The notes: generated by a model not told the origin, from the letters alone. 64,000 nt of DNA from Fimicolochytrium jonesii (GCF_025526975.1 NW_026515672.1:186001-250000), one strand, 5' to 3'. Counted from the stretch's first letter, positions 35,637 to 47,935 are shown. Made by a program: numbers and translations.

Positions 35637-36175
35637 GTCTCACCCGGACTTTGGACTATCTCCGCTCCTTTTTGAAAGCAAGCATATCCTCACCTCCCCG
35701 TCTCTCTTGACCTTAAAGCGGAAGCGAGAACTCTGTGTGTTCTCTCATAGACGCGCCGTCGTCATCTACACGGATATGTGATCCGCCTCTTGTTTGGACT
35801 GCAGCAAATGGCGACGGCTTCAAACTCCCCATATGCGGACTGTTCCCCCTCTGATCCCGCTCCTCACATGCTCAAGTTATCTATTTTGATCGGCGGGCCA
35901 GCGCTTTGGGAGGCCGCGCTTCGCTTTGTATTTCGACGGCGAGGGGATTGTGTGGATGTGCTTGTTGTGATTTTCCCACTGCTACTTCTGTTTTTTCTTT
36001 TACATCATTGAATCACATGTCCGCCTGGAACTACTTAGAGTACTTTTTGGATATGTTGTGGCCTGAGTTTTGCATGAAATCGATCACCTACATATACAGT
36101 ATGCCTTTCTGCATACTCGCTGGGGCTCATCGGAATCTATGGATGCTTTTATGGTAAAATGCGTTTCATTGCCAC

Positions 36176-37282
36176 TCACTTTACCCCAAAAATCAGTATG
36201 AAATAATGCAGCAGCATCCCTGCCACCAGCACACCTGCTGCGATGCCCCCCATCATCGACCATCTGACACTATTCAATGATGCTGCGGCCCTACTAACAC
36301 CGCTCCTCCCTGGATTATCAACATACCGCTGAATGTGACCGAGAAGCTGCTTCTTCTCCTTCAGGACATCCACTTTCTGATCTATCTTCTTCTGCATGGC
36401 AAGCACCTTTGCAGCCGCATCATGGCTGGACTGCGTGACTCTGTCCAAGCGCGCCATGAGGTCCTCGTTTTGCGCCTGCAATTCTGCGAGCAACCTGAAC
36501 AATGTCGTGTTGGTCTCCCCAATCTGGAGCCAGTTCTGCTCGGCGGTCTGGAGAAGCGCGGTCTTGGATTGCAGCGTTTCCTGCAGATGCAGAAGTTCCA
36601 TCTGGTAACTGACGCACATCGACCCGTAGCGTTCCATTTTCTTTGCGATGTTTTCGAACTGGCCTACGAGCGGATTCGAGTCTGCACTTCGCACAGAGGC
36701 TTCTTCCCCTTCGCCGTCAGGACCTGTCGTTGAACCCTGAAGTTGAGCCGTCTGCGCTTGCTCGACTATCTCCTCAATTGTGGAAATGATCCGAGCCTTG
36801 TCTTGAACAGTCTGCGCACGGAAAACAAAGACGCCCCCCCGGGTGTTGAGTTGAAAAGCGAGTTTGGGATTCTCAATTTGTGACCCCAATAAAGCGCCCA
36901 AATCGAACGCTAGAACCTGCTCCGTCGCATCCAATACTCGTTCCGCCGTCAGTGCAAACCCCGTGTCGTCTATAACGGCAAGCTTGACCGCCTCTTTCGA
37001 TATTGATAGAATTCCACGTTTATAGAAGAAGAACTGTGGAGTCAGCTGCTCAACACTAAAGCGGAGCCACTCTTTTGAAGGTGAAGCGGTATCGGAGTCG
37101 GAGTCTGCTGGTGCGGTAGTGGTTACCGAGTTGTACGTGTTCGTTGGCGATGTGTCGGTTTGTGGTGCACCGGGGCGATCTTGGGCCGACGGACCCGGTC
37201 GAATTGGTGAGCTATTGGAATGTGGCCGGGAGCTAGTCTGCCTTGAATGAGGCCTGGGCCCTGCTAAGGAGGAGGCCGCCAT
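36176..37282 (-). CDS. Hypothetical PH-like domain + coiled coil + C-terminal transmembrane (tail-anchored) protein
   Basis: Intronless ORF, likely ATG 37282. FQLNTRGGVFVFRAQTVQDKARIISTIEE resembles a PH C-terminus, followed by a long heptad region and the hydrophobic end GGIAAGVLVAGMLLHYFILIF. Confidence 0.7.
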   Translation of the reverse strand: MAASSLAGPRPHSRQTSSRPHSNSSPIRPGPSAQDRPGAPQTDTSPTNTYNSVTTTAPADSDSDTASPSKEWLRFSVEQLTPQFFFYKRGILSISKEAVKLAVIDDTGFALTAERVLDATEQVLAFDLGALLGSQIENPKLAFQLNTRGGVFVFRAQTVQDKARIISTIEEIVEQAQTAQLQGSTTGPDGEGEEASVRSADSNPLVGQFENIAKKMERYGSMCVSYQMELLHLQETLQSKTALLQTAEQNWLQIGETNTTLFRLLAELQAQNEDLMARLDRVTQSSHDAAAKVLAMQKKIDQKVDVLKEKKQLLGHIQRYVDNPGRSGVSRAAASLNSVRWSMMGGIAAGVLVAGMLLHYFILIFGVK

Positions 37283-37643
37283 GCTGGGGTAAAAAAAAGC
37301 GGTGGTTTTCTGAGAAAAAATGCCCACAGCGGAAATCCCCGTTTGCCCACAGCGGAAAGTGGGCTGTTTCAGCGGGGTTCCCGTTATGTGGTGAGCGCTG
37401 CTTGCAGGTGCGATGGACACGTTTATGAGGGCGATAGGGAATCGAACGAGGCTTCGAGCATTCTCAAGCAGTAAGGTGGTGCGCGCTTACGCAACGGACG
37501 CTTGTGATTGGCTGGATTCTGGCAGACTATTATTCCCCAGCGAAACTCGGCTCAACACAGCAGCTGCGTCGTCGAGTCCAATTCACAGAACGAATCGTCG
37601 CTGGCCGCCTGTCGTCGCTAAACAACAGGATCGTCTTCCGAAC

Positions 37644-38871
37644 ATGCGCCCAATCATACCTTGCACAGCCCCCCGGGCAAGTAAGGTCCTCTTCCCCCAC
37701 CTCCGTCAACCACAACGGCCAGCATCCACCGTCAGTGCCCGCGTGCAGCAAATGACCACCACAGCATCCCGGCACCCACCGTCGGACAGCCAACGGTCAG
37801 CGATTCAAAAGTTCGCAGAGAGCAATGAACTTCGCTTTCGGAACGAGGCGCTGCTGGTGGACGCGCTGACGCACTCTTCGTATGCGTCACCTCACACTCC
37901 CTTGGATATTGAAAACAAGCGGTTAGCGTTCTTGGGTAAGGGCTTTTTGTGCGTTGTGAGATCACGGGCGGTGGGCAGGCGGCTTCCCCGCTGCCCTCTG
38001 TCCGTTGTATGGGCATATGCTCTGACACGCATCATCCTGCTCGTGTTTTGGTGTTTTCAGGGCTTAAGGTCCTACCGCTGTACGTTACGGAACATATCCG
38101 CACGCAGTTTCCAGACCTGCCAGCGGACGCCATGGAATCGGTCATGAAGGCGTTCACAGGGCCAGATGTTTTGAAGCAGATTGGGACGAAAGTGGGGATA
38201 CCGAGCGCCGTGAGAGTCAAGGTGGGGGAGGAAACGCTGTTGCCTGACATGCCATGGATATGGGGACTGACCAGGTTGGGGTTCGCAGGAACAGGCTCTG
38301 GGCAGTAGCACTCCCGCGTCCATTTCGGGCCGCATGTTGATATCACTGATTGGGGCAATATATCAGGACCAGGGGCCGCAAGCGGCACGGCAGTTTGTGG
38401 AGAAGCATGTTCTCTCGAGATCGGTCGATGTGAGCATACATAGGAAGATGCTGTACCCACGGACTTTGCTCGACACTATCGTTAAGGAATCTGGAGGCGC
38501 GAGGCCAGTAGCTGAGTACGTTCTTCCGTGGGTACGCTTTGATCTTGTTCGCAGCTGTACTTACACTGCTATTATTGTAGAACGACCAAGGAGGCGGGAA
38601 TAGCATCGGCCACACCGGTGTATGGAGTCACACTAAAACTGGGCGAGAAGAAGATTGGGGAGGGGTTCGGCAACACCGCCAAGATGGCAGAAACACGGGT
38701 ATGGCGGACCATTTACTTCATCAAAGCAATAGCGTTCAACTTGGGTGCTGACTCCTGTATCACAACCAGGCCATCAAGCTTGCTTTACGCACACATTACC
38801 ACGCACAACTGCACAAGACCACGCTGCCATCACAAATAGATGAGGAAGGAATAACATTTTTCCCCGCATAA
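37644..38871 (+). CDS. MRPL3: Mitochondrial ribosomal protein mL44 (RNase III-like + dsRBD)
   Basis: Arg-rich presequence, LVDALTHSSY, NKRLAFLG, TEHIRTQFPDLP, SLIGAIYQDQGPQAARQFVEKHVLSR, and dsRBD-like VYGVTL...IGEGFGNTAKMAETRA. Confidence 0.8.
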
Positions 38872-39065
38872 ACCCGCAGGGCATACATACAACGGCCGCC
38901 CATTACGCACCACCCATCTCCATTCCGCTTCATATTTAAGAGAAGAGAATCTCGACCTAGGGTTTCTGTAGATCACCGCCGAGGGCGACTCCCACATATT
39001 GTACACAACCACATGCTAGTGCTATATACAGATAAATACTGGCTATATAACCATGATAGGCGGCT

Positions 39066-40113
39066 TTACATTGGTTTTGCGCACTTTCTGTGCTCGATAA
39101 CCTGAAAGACGGCGGGAGGTGAGCGACCGCTAGCAATGACGACCATCAATACTGAGAGGACGGGCATACCTTTGTCTTTGGACAGACCATTTCCTCCCAC
39201 GATATTGGAATCATGGTATGCCCGGCGATGCTTTGCGCAAAAATGACACCAAGATCGTTGTTGGCCGTCGACAGGTAATAACTCCTCGCATCTCCAAGGG
39301 ACACGACCTCGGCTCTGCAAAAATAGCCCGCATGAGTTCCCACTGCAGGCGACGACACTTCGACCCTGCCCACCTCCCAAAGCTGACCTGACAACGTCCC
39401 CCGGCCTAAAACTCTTATAAATCTGCACCTTATCCCTCTCCGTCGCCCTCACATCCTGCACCCGTATTATCCCCTGGAAGTTCTCTCTGCACGGCACTGT
39501 CCCGACCACCATTATGCTCATCGTAGCGTGGCGCGGGCTGATGCGGATGATTTTGCCGGTGACGATGGAGCCGACTTCGGGGATGGCGTTGGCTTCTTTT
39601 TTGCGGGTTACTGTTATTTGGGGAGCCTGTGTGGGTACAGTCGAGATCAGCATTCCTTCTGTGGAATTTGGAGGAGTCTTGCGAACGTCTTGGACTTACC
39701 TTCCCTGACCCGGAGGCGGGTAGTATTTGACTCCTCCCAACGGTGGATGCATATATGAAGCCATCCCTACGATGAGCAATATGCTGTATGAGGAACCAAA
39801 TTTCTTCTCCCTGGTGTTCAGTCCGCTCGGCAAGTCACCATGCCAGGGCGAGCATGCTAGATCGAACATGCTACCGACCGACGGTCCCCACACGGTGAAG
39901 CACGCCTCCCGCTGCCCAAGCCGCCTCCGCCTCCGCCTTCTGCATCCACATCCTCAACTCACTTCTCATAAGTCCCAGATGATGCTATGTTGGGAAGAAC
40001 GAGGGTCACTATCGCGAGCCCCACAAATGCGACAAATAAGGGGGAGGTCTGGAAGTACCTTCGAAGTCGCCTGTTGCGGCTAACCGCTGTCCGGGGGTCA
40101 CTATTTGGTCCAT
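39066..40113 (-). CDS. CSL4: Exosome complex component Csl4 (EXOSC1)
   Basis: Spliced MDQIVTPGQRL...GTYEKDGFIYASTVG...IPEVGSIVTGKI...FQGIIRVQDVRATERDKV...SFRPGDVVR.EVVSLGDARSYYLSTANNDLGV...MVCPKT...EHRKCAKP. Confidence 0.95.
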
Positions 40114-40474
40114 GATGGTGTGACTGGAAGACTGTTTCTCGCATGGGGGTGGAAATTAAAGTTGCAACTGGCCTCGGCCTCAGGGCTCAGGGCCTCAGCT
40201 GCTTTTCGCAACTTTCGCGGGAACCGAGTTCTGGACGTGTTCTGGACATGTACCTTGGACAGCACCTGAACTCGAGCCCCTGAAAGTGCAACAAATAGCA
40301 CCCATGGTCGGATTGTAACGAGCGGATCAATTCTGGATATATTCACTAACTATAGTGCTTTATGAGGCAGTTGGATACAAAAAAAAGGACAAAAATCTGT
40401 ACATTGAAAGCACCCTTTGACTACGCCGTCAGCCTTCCAACGGTAATACGTTCGCTGAACGAGAGGAGGCCTAT

Positions 40475-41924
40475 TCAAGCTTCGATGGAAACGTCAAGGT
40501 CCATCTCTCCTGCGTAAGTGTCCGAGTCTTCGTCAATATTGCGGGTGTCGAATTTAATGCACCAGAAACGATGGTAGACCCATGAGTTTAGTTGACATCG
40601 TCGGCTGCACATATGATAATGAATGTTTTAGTGCGTGTTTCAAATGACGCAAATATCAAGCTCGAGCAGCCAATCCTTACCTGCAGTAGACGACTTTCCG
40701 GCATCTCGAGCATCTGTGGAATTTTCGGGTAAGGGACTCTACCCGGAGGCATTGCGGGTTCTCGGATCCATGCGTTCCGATATTTCCACAGGTACGTAGC
40801 GGATGTGCCGGAGCTGGTCTCGACGGAGGAGAGACGAGCGACGACGAAGAGGTAGGAATCATGCTCGGCTGTGCACAACCTTCAGCGCATATGGGAAGGT
40901 TGTGAAGAATAGGAGCATTTGTTGTCGGTGTAGATGGTTCCGCCATGTCGTTCGAGTGCGCGGAGGCAAACAGGCTTCGAGCGCATGCAGACGTCTGCAG
41001 GGAGCTTGGCATATCGGCCGCGGATGCCGGTGTTACGATCGCCAATGGGGTCTTTTTGAATGCATTACGCATGCACAAGACAGCCCACTGACGAAGTTCC
41101 GGGTGGTAGGTCGGGAGGGTATAATGTTGAGTACGGGCAAAGGTCAGGTTTGCGTGAAGGAGCTGGCGGATGTTGGGATACTTGGAGAGGTAAGCGATGA
41201 GCTTCAGGGCCGGAAGGAGGGTGGGGTGCGTCATCTGATAATAGGGCACGGAGGTCGACCAGGCTGGTGCGCCTACTGAACCTGAAGCCACTGTTGGAGT
41301 GGGTGCCGGTGGTGAGACGTTCTGGGATTCATCCGTTGCGGCGTTGGAAGAAGCCGTGTGGCCAAATGTCGTTTGTGTTGCTGGCGCAGACTGTGACATT
41401 GGTGAAGATGGGGTGGTCTCTTCGTGGGAATACATCCTGAACTCGCTGCCGGCAGCACGTCCATCGTTCCCATTGTTATTGACCGGGAGTCTCGCTTGCG
41501 TTAGCTTCAGTTCGTCGCCCAGAATACCGGCTAGCACGCTCAACGTGCCCGCTTCAACGAGTCTGCCCCTCAGTTTCTGATTTCCTCTTATGGCAATATT
41601 TGTGAGGCACGCTACGCCAGCTATTATGCAAGTTTCCCAGTGCTTCCTCTGTTTTCTGGGAGCGGTGTGCAGACGCTGCAGTGCCTTTAGTACCGCTCGG
41701 ACTATAAGCTCCAGGCCGCCGTCGGAACAAAGCGTCGCATTCAGACGGCCGACGCCTGTCAGCTGCATCACTTGGAGTAACGACTGCGACAGAGGTAGTG
41801 GGTCGGAACAGCTGAGGGCTCGCTTGTCGTAGGCGAAGGTGGTGAGAGTAAAGCTCGCAGCGGCGGACAGCGGGTCCCCCCTGCCTTGGTGGGAGACTCC
41901 ATAGAAGTTGTTCGACCGCACCAT
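40475..41924 (-). CDS. MUB1: MYND-type zinc finger protein Mub1/SamB
   Basis: MVRSNNF...YDKRALSCSDPLPLSQSL, CLTNIAIRGNQKLRGRLVEAG, LKLIAYLSKYP, WAVLCMRN, and MYND CGN..C...CSRCRKVVYCSRRCQ..SW..HRFWC across one intron. Confidence 0.88.
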
Positions 41925-42362
41925 CGTAGTAAGCCTTGACAGGTGGTTGTCGGTGTGAAAACAGCTCCGTGAGAAAGAAGGGCCTGTTTGCAGCCTCAAC
42001 CAGTATGCCCTAGCCAGCGATCAATTGAAAGAAGGTGGTGAAGTCGAAACAGGGCAAGCGGACCGGAATATGATGAGAAAGGAGTCGTTAGCCATGCCGG
42101 AGGGATGGTGAGCAGTGTTGAGAGTGTTGAGCCTCCGCGGTGTTTGATGCGGTGTGGTCGACTCCTCGGCGTTTGGGGGTATCGCACAGATTGCATTCAA
42201 AAACGCATCTGTTGTTATTAAATTTTCGCGCAGCTGAACCCCCTGAAGAACAATTTGCCGTTCACGTTGGCTCGCATTTCACAGATGACAGCAAAGCGCG
42301 CTGTCGAAACGAGCGGAGTGGGAGCTTTAGTACTGTAGAAAATACCGCGCAGGTATGGAGGC

Positions 42363-42969
42363 TAGCGGGTCGTCCTGCGCGGGATGGGACGGGATTTGCT
42401 GGTCCCGCGTCCTGTCCCGCAGGACGCGGGACGTCCCGCAGGATATCCCGGTCCCGCTCACAGCACACCCAAACACGAGTCTTTAGTAACTGGTAACATG
42501 AAAATGAGACTAGCCAGCAGGAATTAGACTCTAAGACCGTCTGCACGCCCCAGATAGGTACTCTTCTAGATGCCTGTGCAGTGCCAACCTCATCTGGGTC
42601 AAATCAGAGTTAAAAAGCCTACCACGGTAAAACAATTAGTAAAACAATTAGTAAAACAATTAGTAACTGATAACATGAAAACAAGACTAGCCAGCAGGAA
42701 TTAGACTCTAAGACCGTCTGCACGCCCGAGATAGGTACTCTTCTAGATGCCTGTGGAGTGCCAACCTCAACAGGGTCAACTGCCCATAGGGTTAGGGTAG
42801 GGTTAGGTTAGGGGGGCTTGCTGCTTCCACCATGTCGAAATGCTGTTCAAATGCTGTCAAGGCAGTCCCGCGGGCTTCCCGCAGGATTTTTGCGGCGGTC
42901 CTGCATCCCGTCCCATGCAGGATGGGACGGGACGGGACGCGGGATATCCCACTGCGGGACGACCCCCTA
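42363..42969. mobile_element. Non-autonomous hAT-type DNA transposon (MITE-like), 607 bp
   Basis: TIRs TAGCGGGTCGTCCTGC (42363..42378) and TAGGGGGTCGTCCCGC (reverse complement of 42954..42969) match 14/16. Perfect 8-bp TSD ATGGAGGC at 42355..42362 and 42970..42977. Many subterminal GGGAC/GTCCC motifs. No transposase ORF. Confidence 0.9.
42484..42779. repeat. Internal ~119-bp direct repeat (period 177) plus (GTAAAACAATTA)3 within the hAT element
   Basis: Copies at 42484..42602 and 42661..42779; 12-mer x3 at 42627..42662. Confidence 0.93.
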
Positions 42970-44862
42970 ATGGAGGCCGTCATAGGAAGGCCCAGCCGAG
43001 GCTGTTCCGAGAATCAGTTTGTCGCCGCGATATTTACATTGCTCTATGCGATGACCCACGGCAACCACATCAGCCCGACTCTTGGCCTGATTCTCGCCGT
43101 CGTCTCGCGTTTCCACCTCGCTTCGGATTCAGTGGAGCGCCGACTTGGCTGCCGTATATCTTCAATCCCACGTCGTGGAAGCCCCATGACGATACGTCGT
43201 TTGCCGTTATGTTCTACATTAACTTCATCGTCCCCTGCGCAACAACTTTGCCGACGGTGTTTGCCGGGTTTGAGATGAAGGGCGGCCAGATGCGAGATTC
43301 GTCCATCGTCAAAGTTATCTCGATACGCAGAAATACTGACGCCATCAACAGTGGTTTGGTCTCTGCACGCATTGCGCACGATGACGAACTTGTTTTCGAC
43401 CGTTCTTCTCATCCCGCTCTTGGAGATCTTTCTGCACGCACTTTCCTGCTACGATAACGAGCTTGACAAGCCGCTGCTTCCGGAGTCACCCAGTCAGTGT
43501 CTCTCCGGGCGCTATCTCCCTCCATTCATATTGTCCATTGGAAGCTTGCTTTATCTTACAATCCTGGAAGAGTTCAAATATAGCATCATCCTGGAACTAG
43601 CTCGACAGGAAGAAAAGAGCGATCAGAAGAAAAGAGCGATGCACAGGGCGCTGACAGCGAACAATACGATGATCCAAACTAGCTAGGAGTCCGCCCTGAA
43701 GCAGGTGCTCAAGAACTGCAGCCAGAAGCCTTGAGCAGTTCTTCTGGCTCGGCTGGATAACTGTCGAACGCGGCGAGAAATTGGCGAGAGATTGCGTCTT
43801 TGAGGAATATAATATGGCGTTCCTTGAAGCTCGCCATTTTCCAGAAGAACCAAACAGCTGTCCTTATCTCTCTATGTCCCGTCATGCTCATGATTTCCTG
43901 TTCAGATAAGCGGGAGGCTTTCAGCACCTTCCTGAGCCAATGGTCCGCAGCAGCATTTGATCTCTTGTCCTCCTCACACATGCACTTCTCTTTGGTCTAA
44001 TCGCCGTCACCGTGACAGGAATGCCAATCCCAGCCCTGGTACAAGGAAATGTAAGTGTGATGCAGATCCCACTCGCCGTCTGCTTCGGCACGATCCGAAC
44101 CGTTGCCGGTGTTCGTCCTCAGTATTGGAAAGTCGTCGCAAGCACCGTTGACTCCCGCACGGACCGCAACTTCTCCATCATCAGTTTAATGGCGTACGCA
44201 TATGAGCTCGCGGCATATGAGCCGAATAGCATCCTCCCTCCCGAATCTCATCGAGTTTGGGCAGACTACAACTACAACGAAGATCACAGGATCAAAGATG
44301 GTGGGGTATGCTATCACCGTGATCCAACCTCGTGCAATCCAGCGAAAAGGTGCAACAGGTTTTTTTAGCTTGCCACCGGCCCTTATGAGCTCTTGGTGAG
44401 TGGTATTGAAGCTGTTCCAATCGGAAAAATCTAATCCACTTGCTGTCAGCTGCACGGTGGGAAGTGCACACAACTTTCCTGTCAAGAACGCCTGCAAACC
44501 AGAGTTTGTCCAGTCCGGGGCCAAATTTCATGTAGGAAATACTAGCAGACGTCGTGGGAGGTCCAAGATTAATCAGTGACCTGATTGTTGATGATTTTCA
44601 AGCAAAGGGCATCATCATAGGCGCATTAGTGTTGTTGTTTGATGTGGGCCATATTCTAGTCGTTCGCCGCCTCGTGATCAGGTTCCAGTCGCAGATGGAC
44701 GGGTCTCTGTGGGTGATATTTACGGCTCCACCCGAGATTGCGAAGACTCTACCTGATCACCGAACCCCTATCAAACGCATACATTCTGGTTTTCTGTACA
44801 TAGAAATTCATCGAAAGTGCGGGCGCCATCCTACGGAAAGTAAACACAGCAAACTGGGATGA
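42970..44862 (+). pseudogene. Fragmented TmcB/TmcC (tiny macrocysts)-like multipass membrane protein relic
   Basis: Frame-hopping fragments with stops: ENQFVAAIFTLLYAM; WSLHALRTMTNLFSTVLLIPLLEIFLHALSC...QCLSGRYLPPFILSIGSLL; C-terminal-like ILVVRRLVIRFQSQMDGSLWVIFTAPPEIAKTLP. The family call is by recollection of motifs. Confidence 0.5.
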
Positions 44863-44993
44863 TTTCTTTGATTCATTGATGATCATGTATATTCCACACG
44901 ACAACCAAGGGGTATAGAAGCAAGCTCTACGTCTACATGAGGTGGTACGGCCCTTATCTCTATAGTGACTGTAAGGGAATGTTGGGTACCACT

Positions 44994-45629
44994 TCAGATC
45001 CGCAAAATTTGGCGTAACCTGTGAAGCACTTGAGAATTCCGACGGCCGGCCTTCCCTTTAGAGAACTCCGACTGGACATTGGCTCCGCTTGCTGAGCTCC
45101 GTTGTGACGCCTGTTTTGAGCTTTCAGTCGATTTTGAGCTTTTCCGCGCGAGTCCATCCATTGTGGATGCGCTCGTTGTGTGAGTTTCTATGCGGTCTTC
45201 AAGTTGGTCTTCCAGAGATTCTTGCGAATCAATGCCAGCTGGGCGTGTCCCAATGTCGTTGGGCCTCGCGGCATATGAGGTCATATTCTTGGGTGCCGCG
45301 AAAAGACTTCCTTTCTCCGAGGTCGTGAAGATGTTTGCGCATGACAAAGTTTCTGAGCTGGTTTCGCTTGGTCTGCTGGATGGGAGGCTGTCCGAGGACA
45401 GGACATTGGCCGGCGACATGGCGAAATCACCGGGGAGTTCACCAGCAGCTTGTGAGCTGGGTGCTTGGAAGTCATCGTCGCTGAGATCGGACTCTTGTGG
45501 ACTGAGCAGGATCGGACTTCCCAAAAGCCCTATGTGATGAAAGGATCCCGCACGAGCTCTGAATAGCGTCGTGTCGTCGACGGATTCGGAAAGAGACTCA
45601 GCTGAAATGTTCTTGATGCAGCGCTCCAT
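44994..45629 (-). CDS. Hypothetical Ser-rich disordered protein (211 aa)
   Basis: ATG-initiated single ORF preceded by a pyrimidine-rich leader. No domain recognised. Confidence 0.5.
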   Translation of the reverse strand: MERCIKNISAESLSESVDDTTLFRARAGSFHHIGLLGSPILLSPQESDLSDDDFQAPSSQAAGELPGDFAMSPANVLSSDSLPSSRPSETSSETLSCANIFTTSEKGSLFAAPKNMTSYAARPNDIGTRPAGIDSQESLEDQLEDRIETHTTSASTMDGLARKSSKSTESSKQASQRSSASGANVQSEFSKGKAGRRNSQVLHRLRQILRI

Positions 45630-46429
45630 TGTTATATAGGATAGTTCAATAAGCAGCAGATGAGAGATGTCGTTGAAGGTTCAAAGATGTGAAGGTTGGG
45701 AGGAGAAAAGAAAGTGGGCGGGGCGATTTACCGCTTCCTTTTAAGCATTGCCTGCAGGATGTACCGCCTCGCAAACAACACTCTGTCGACGATATCGCTG
45801 GAATTCCGGAGCATTAAGGTATTATGATACGCAGGAATATCATGCGGGAATAAGCCAAGAATAAAGTGTCTCCCGCAGAACTAATTACGGGACCTTCACT
45901 TGTCGTCACGGCGATCAGGGTCATCCCGCCTGTCGTGGCGAGGTGCGTCCCATGCCCTGGCCAACCCACATACCTGAGTTAGACGTTCCTGACAACAGGT
46001 TTCAGGAGTCATAAAAAAGATACACTCGGATCGTCACGAGAAATCCGGGGAGTCTGAACTTAGACGTTGTCTCCCACCCAATTTCGGGTTATTCCGCACC
46101 GCCAAGAAACGACGGGTTGTCGGTCATCGCAGATCATCGAGCTACATAGGCATGATCGAGAGAGCAATCGACTGAGTTGCTTAGTCAGAAACGTGACAGT
46201 AAATTAACAGCGCGAAGAGGTCCTACCAAGGATGTGGCATCAGACCCAGGCACATGAACCCGGAGCAAAGCGCAAGCACTTTGGTGGTGACGCGAAGTTT
46301 GTGCGAGCAGCGTCATCAAGCCGCAAAAGAGAATCAAGCCGTTTTTTGCATGGGATGCAGGTTCAAAGACTTTTGGGATTCTCTCTTCTCTAATCCTACA
46401 CAAAACACTACTCAAAACCGAAAATAACA

Positions 46430-47527
46430 ATGTCTGGAATCGTCAACCGTGCCACCGAAACCGTCAGCACCACCGCGCAGAACGTTGCGGCGGTCGTCGA
46501 CCCATACGTTCCCCAGGTTGCAAAGGTGATTATCAAGTCATGATGGCCGTACGACAGCTGGGAACGCAACTCGGAACCAGCGAGGTGGTTCTAGATGCCC
46601 TTGCTTCAAAAGACTGTGTTGTTGAGAGATACAGGCGAACTGCGGGGCTGCAAAGAGCTCTCACAAGCACCTGTCTTCTGAAGATTTGGCCCACAGGTGT
46701 TTTCCGAGTTCAGGCGCTCATCCAAAGTTCCCGTTTTACGTTTCAGAATGTTGCGAACTACGCCCTCGGAACTGCTGTTGCTGCCAAGGACCTCGCCGCT
46801 TCTACCGTCACCTCCGCACAGGGTACCGCTGTTGCTGCTAAGGACCGCGCCGTGAACACTGCTACCGGCGCGGTCAACTTTGCCTCCACAACTGTCAACA
46901 ACACTACCTCGTACGGTGAGTATACCATCACCATTGAGTGTCTCTATTCTCTTTCAGCGGTTCTAAATTTTTTCTATAGCCTCCAACAAGGTTACCGAGG
47001 CTATTGACTTTGGGAAGATTGTCGTCACTGGTGCCACCACCACCATCACATCCTACACTCCCAACCCCATCCTCAACTTGGTCCAGGGAACTGTTGAGCA
47101 GGCCAAGTCTCTCCACTCTGACCCTGTCGGAACCGTGAAGAACTACGTGCCCACCTTTGTCATCCACGCTGGAGAGAAGACCTACGAGGTATGGAGCTAA
47201 CTTCACTGCGATGCACATCTTTGTTGAATCACATCTGATCGAGTTCCCATAATTGCGTTACAGGTTGTGCACAACACCAAGGAGCGCGCTGTTGGTACCG
47301 CCAATGCCACCACTGGTTTCGTCGTCACGAAAGTCAACGGTGTCGTCCACTCCGTTACCTCCATCCCCCAGATTCACAACTTGATCGAACAGCTCGAGAA
47401 GTTGGCTGCCCCCGTCTTGAACAAGTTGGGCGTGAGCAAGCATTCCGACACCACCGCCGTCCCAGTGAACGCCGAGACTCCAGTTGACGCCCCCGTGGCC
47501 CCCGTCGACGCCCCTGTGGCTCACTAA
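46430..47527 (+). CDS. Ala/Thr/Val-rich amphipathic-helix repeat protein (perilipin/lipid-droplet-protein-like)
   Basis: Four exons: MSGIVNRATETVSTTAQNVAAVVDPYVPQVAK|NVANYALGTAVAAKDLAASTVTSAQGTAVAAKDRAVNTATG...|...|VVHNTKERAVG...PVAH. Strong C/T-ending codon bias. The gene is well supported; the function is a guess. Confidence 0.7.
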
Positions 47528-47935
47528 GCATTCTGTCACTTTCTCTGCCTCAAATATCTCCTTCTTGGCTCCCCATCCCTTTTCTTTTCGATCATCCTCA
47601 TTCCAGTCACGGCGTGTATGTGGCGTGAAAATGTAACGGTTTTTAGGTCATCTCATAGTTTCTTAGCATCATTATTTTAGTAACCTTCAGAAAACTCACT
47701 TAAGCCGCATAGAGCAAATAAGAGGACGAAAAAACTCTTGCTGTTGAAGAAGTTGCGCAAATGGTGCCGCTGTATTAGTTCGATGAACTTGGTTTACTGT
47801 GCTCGCTTCAAGTTCTCGGAAAGGTCTGCGCCCAAAAGATAAATATATATATATAAACGGACAAACAAAGAATACATATGGCGGTCCCCGACGCCCATGT
47901 CGGAAGGAGGCTTTCCACTAGCTCCTGCGCTCTCG

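Noticed and set aside
42484..42779. Repeat-spacer-repeat layout resembling CRISPR (also 3978..4260)
   Set aside because: Only two long units, eukaryotic context and no cas genes; explained as local duplications.
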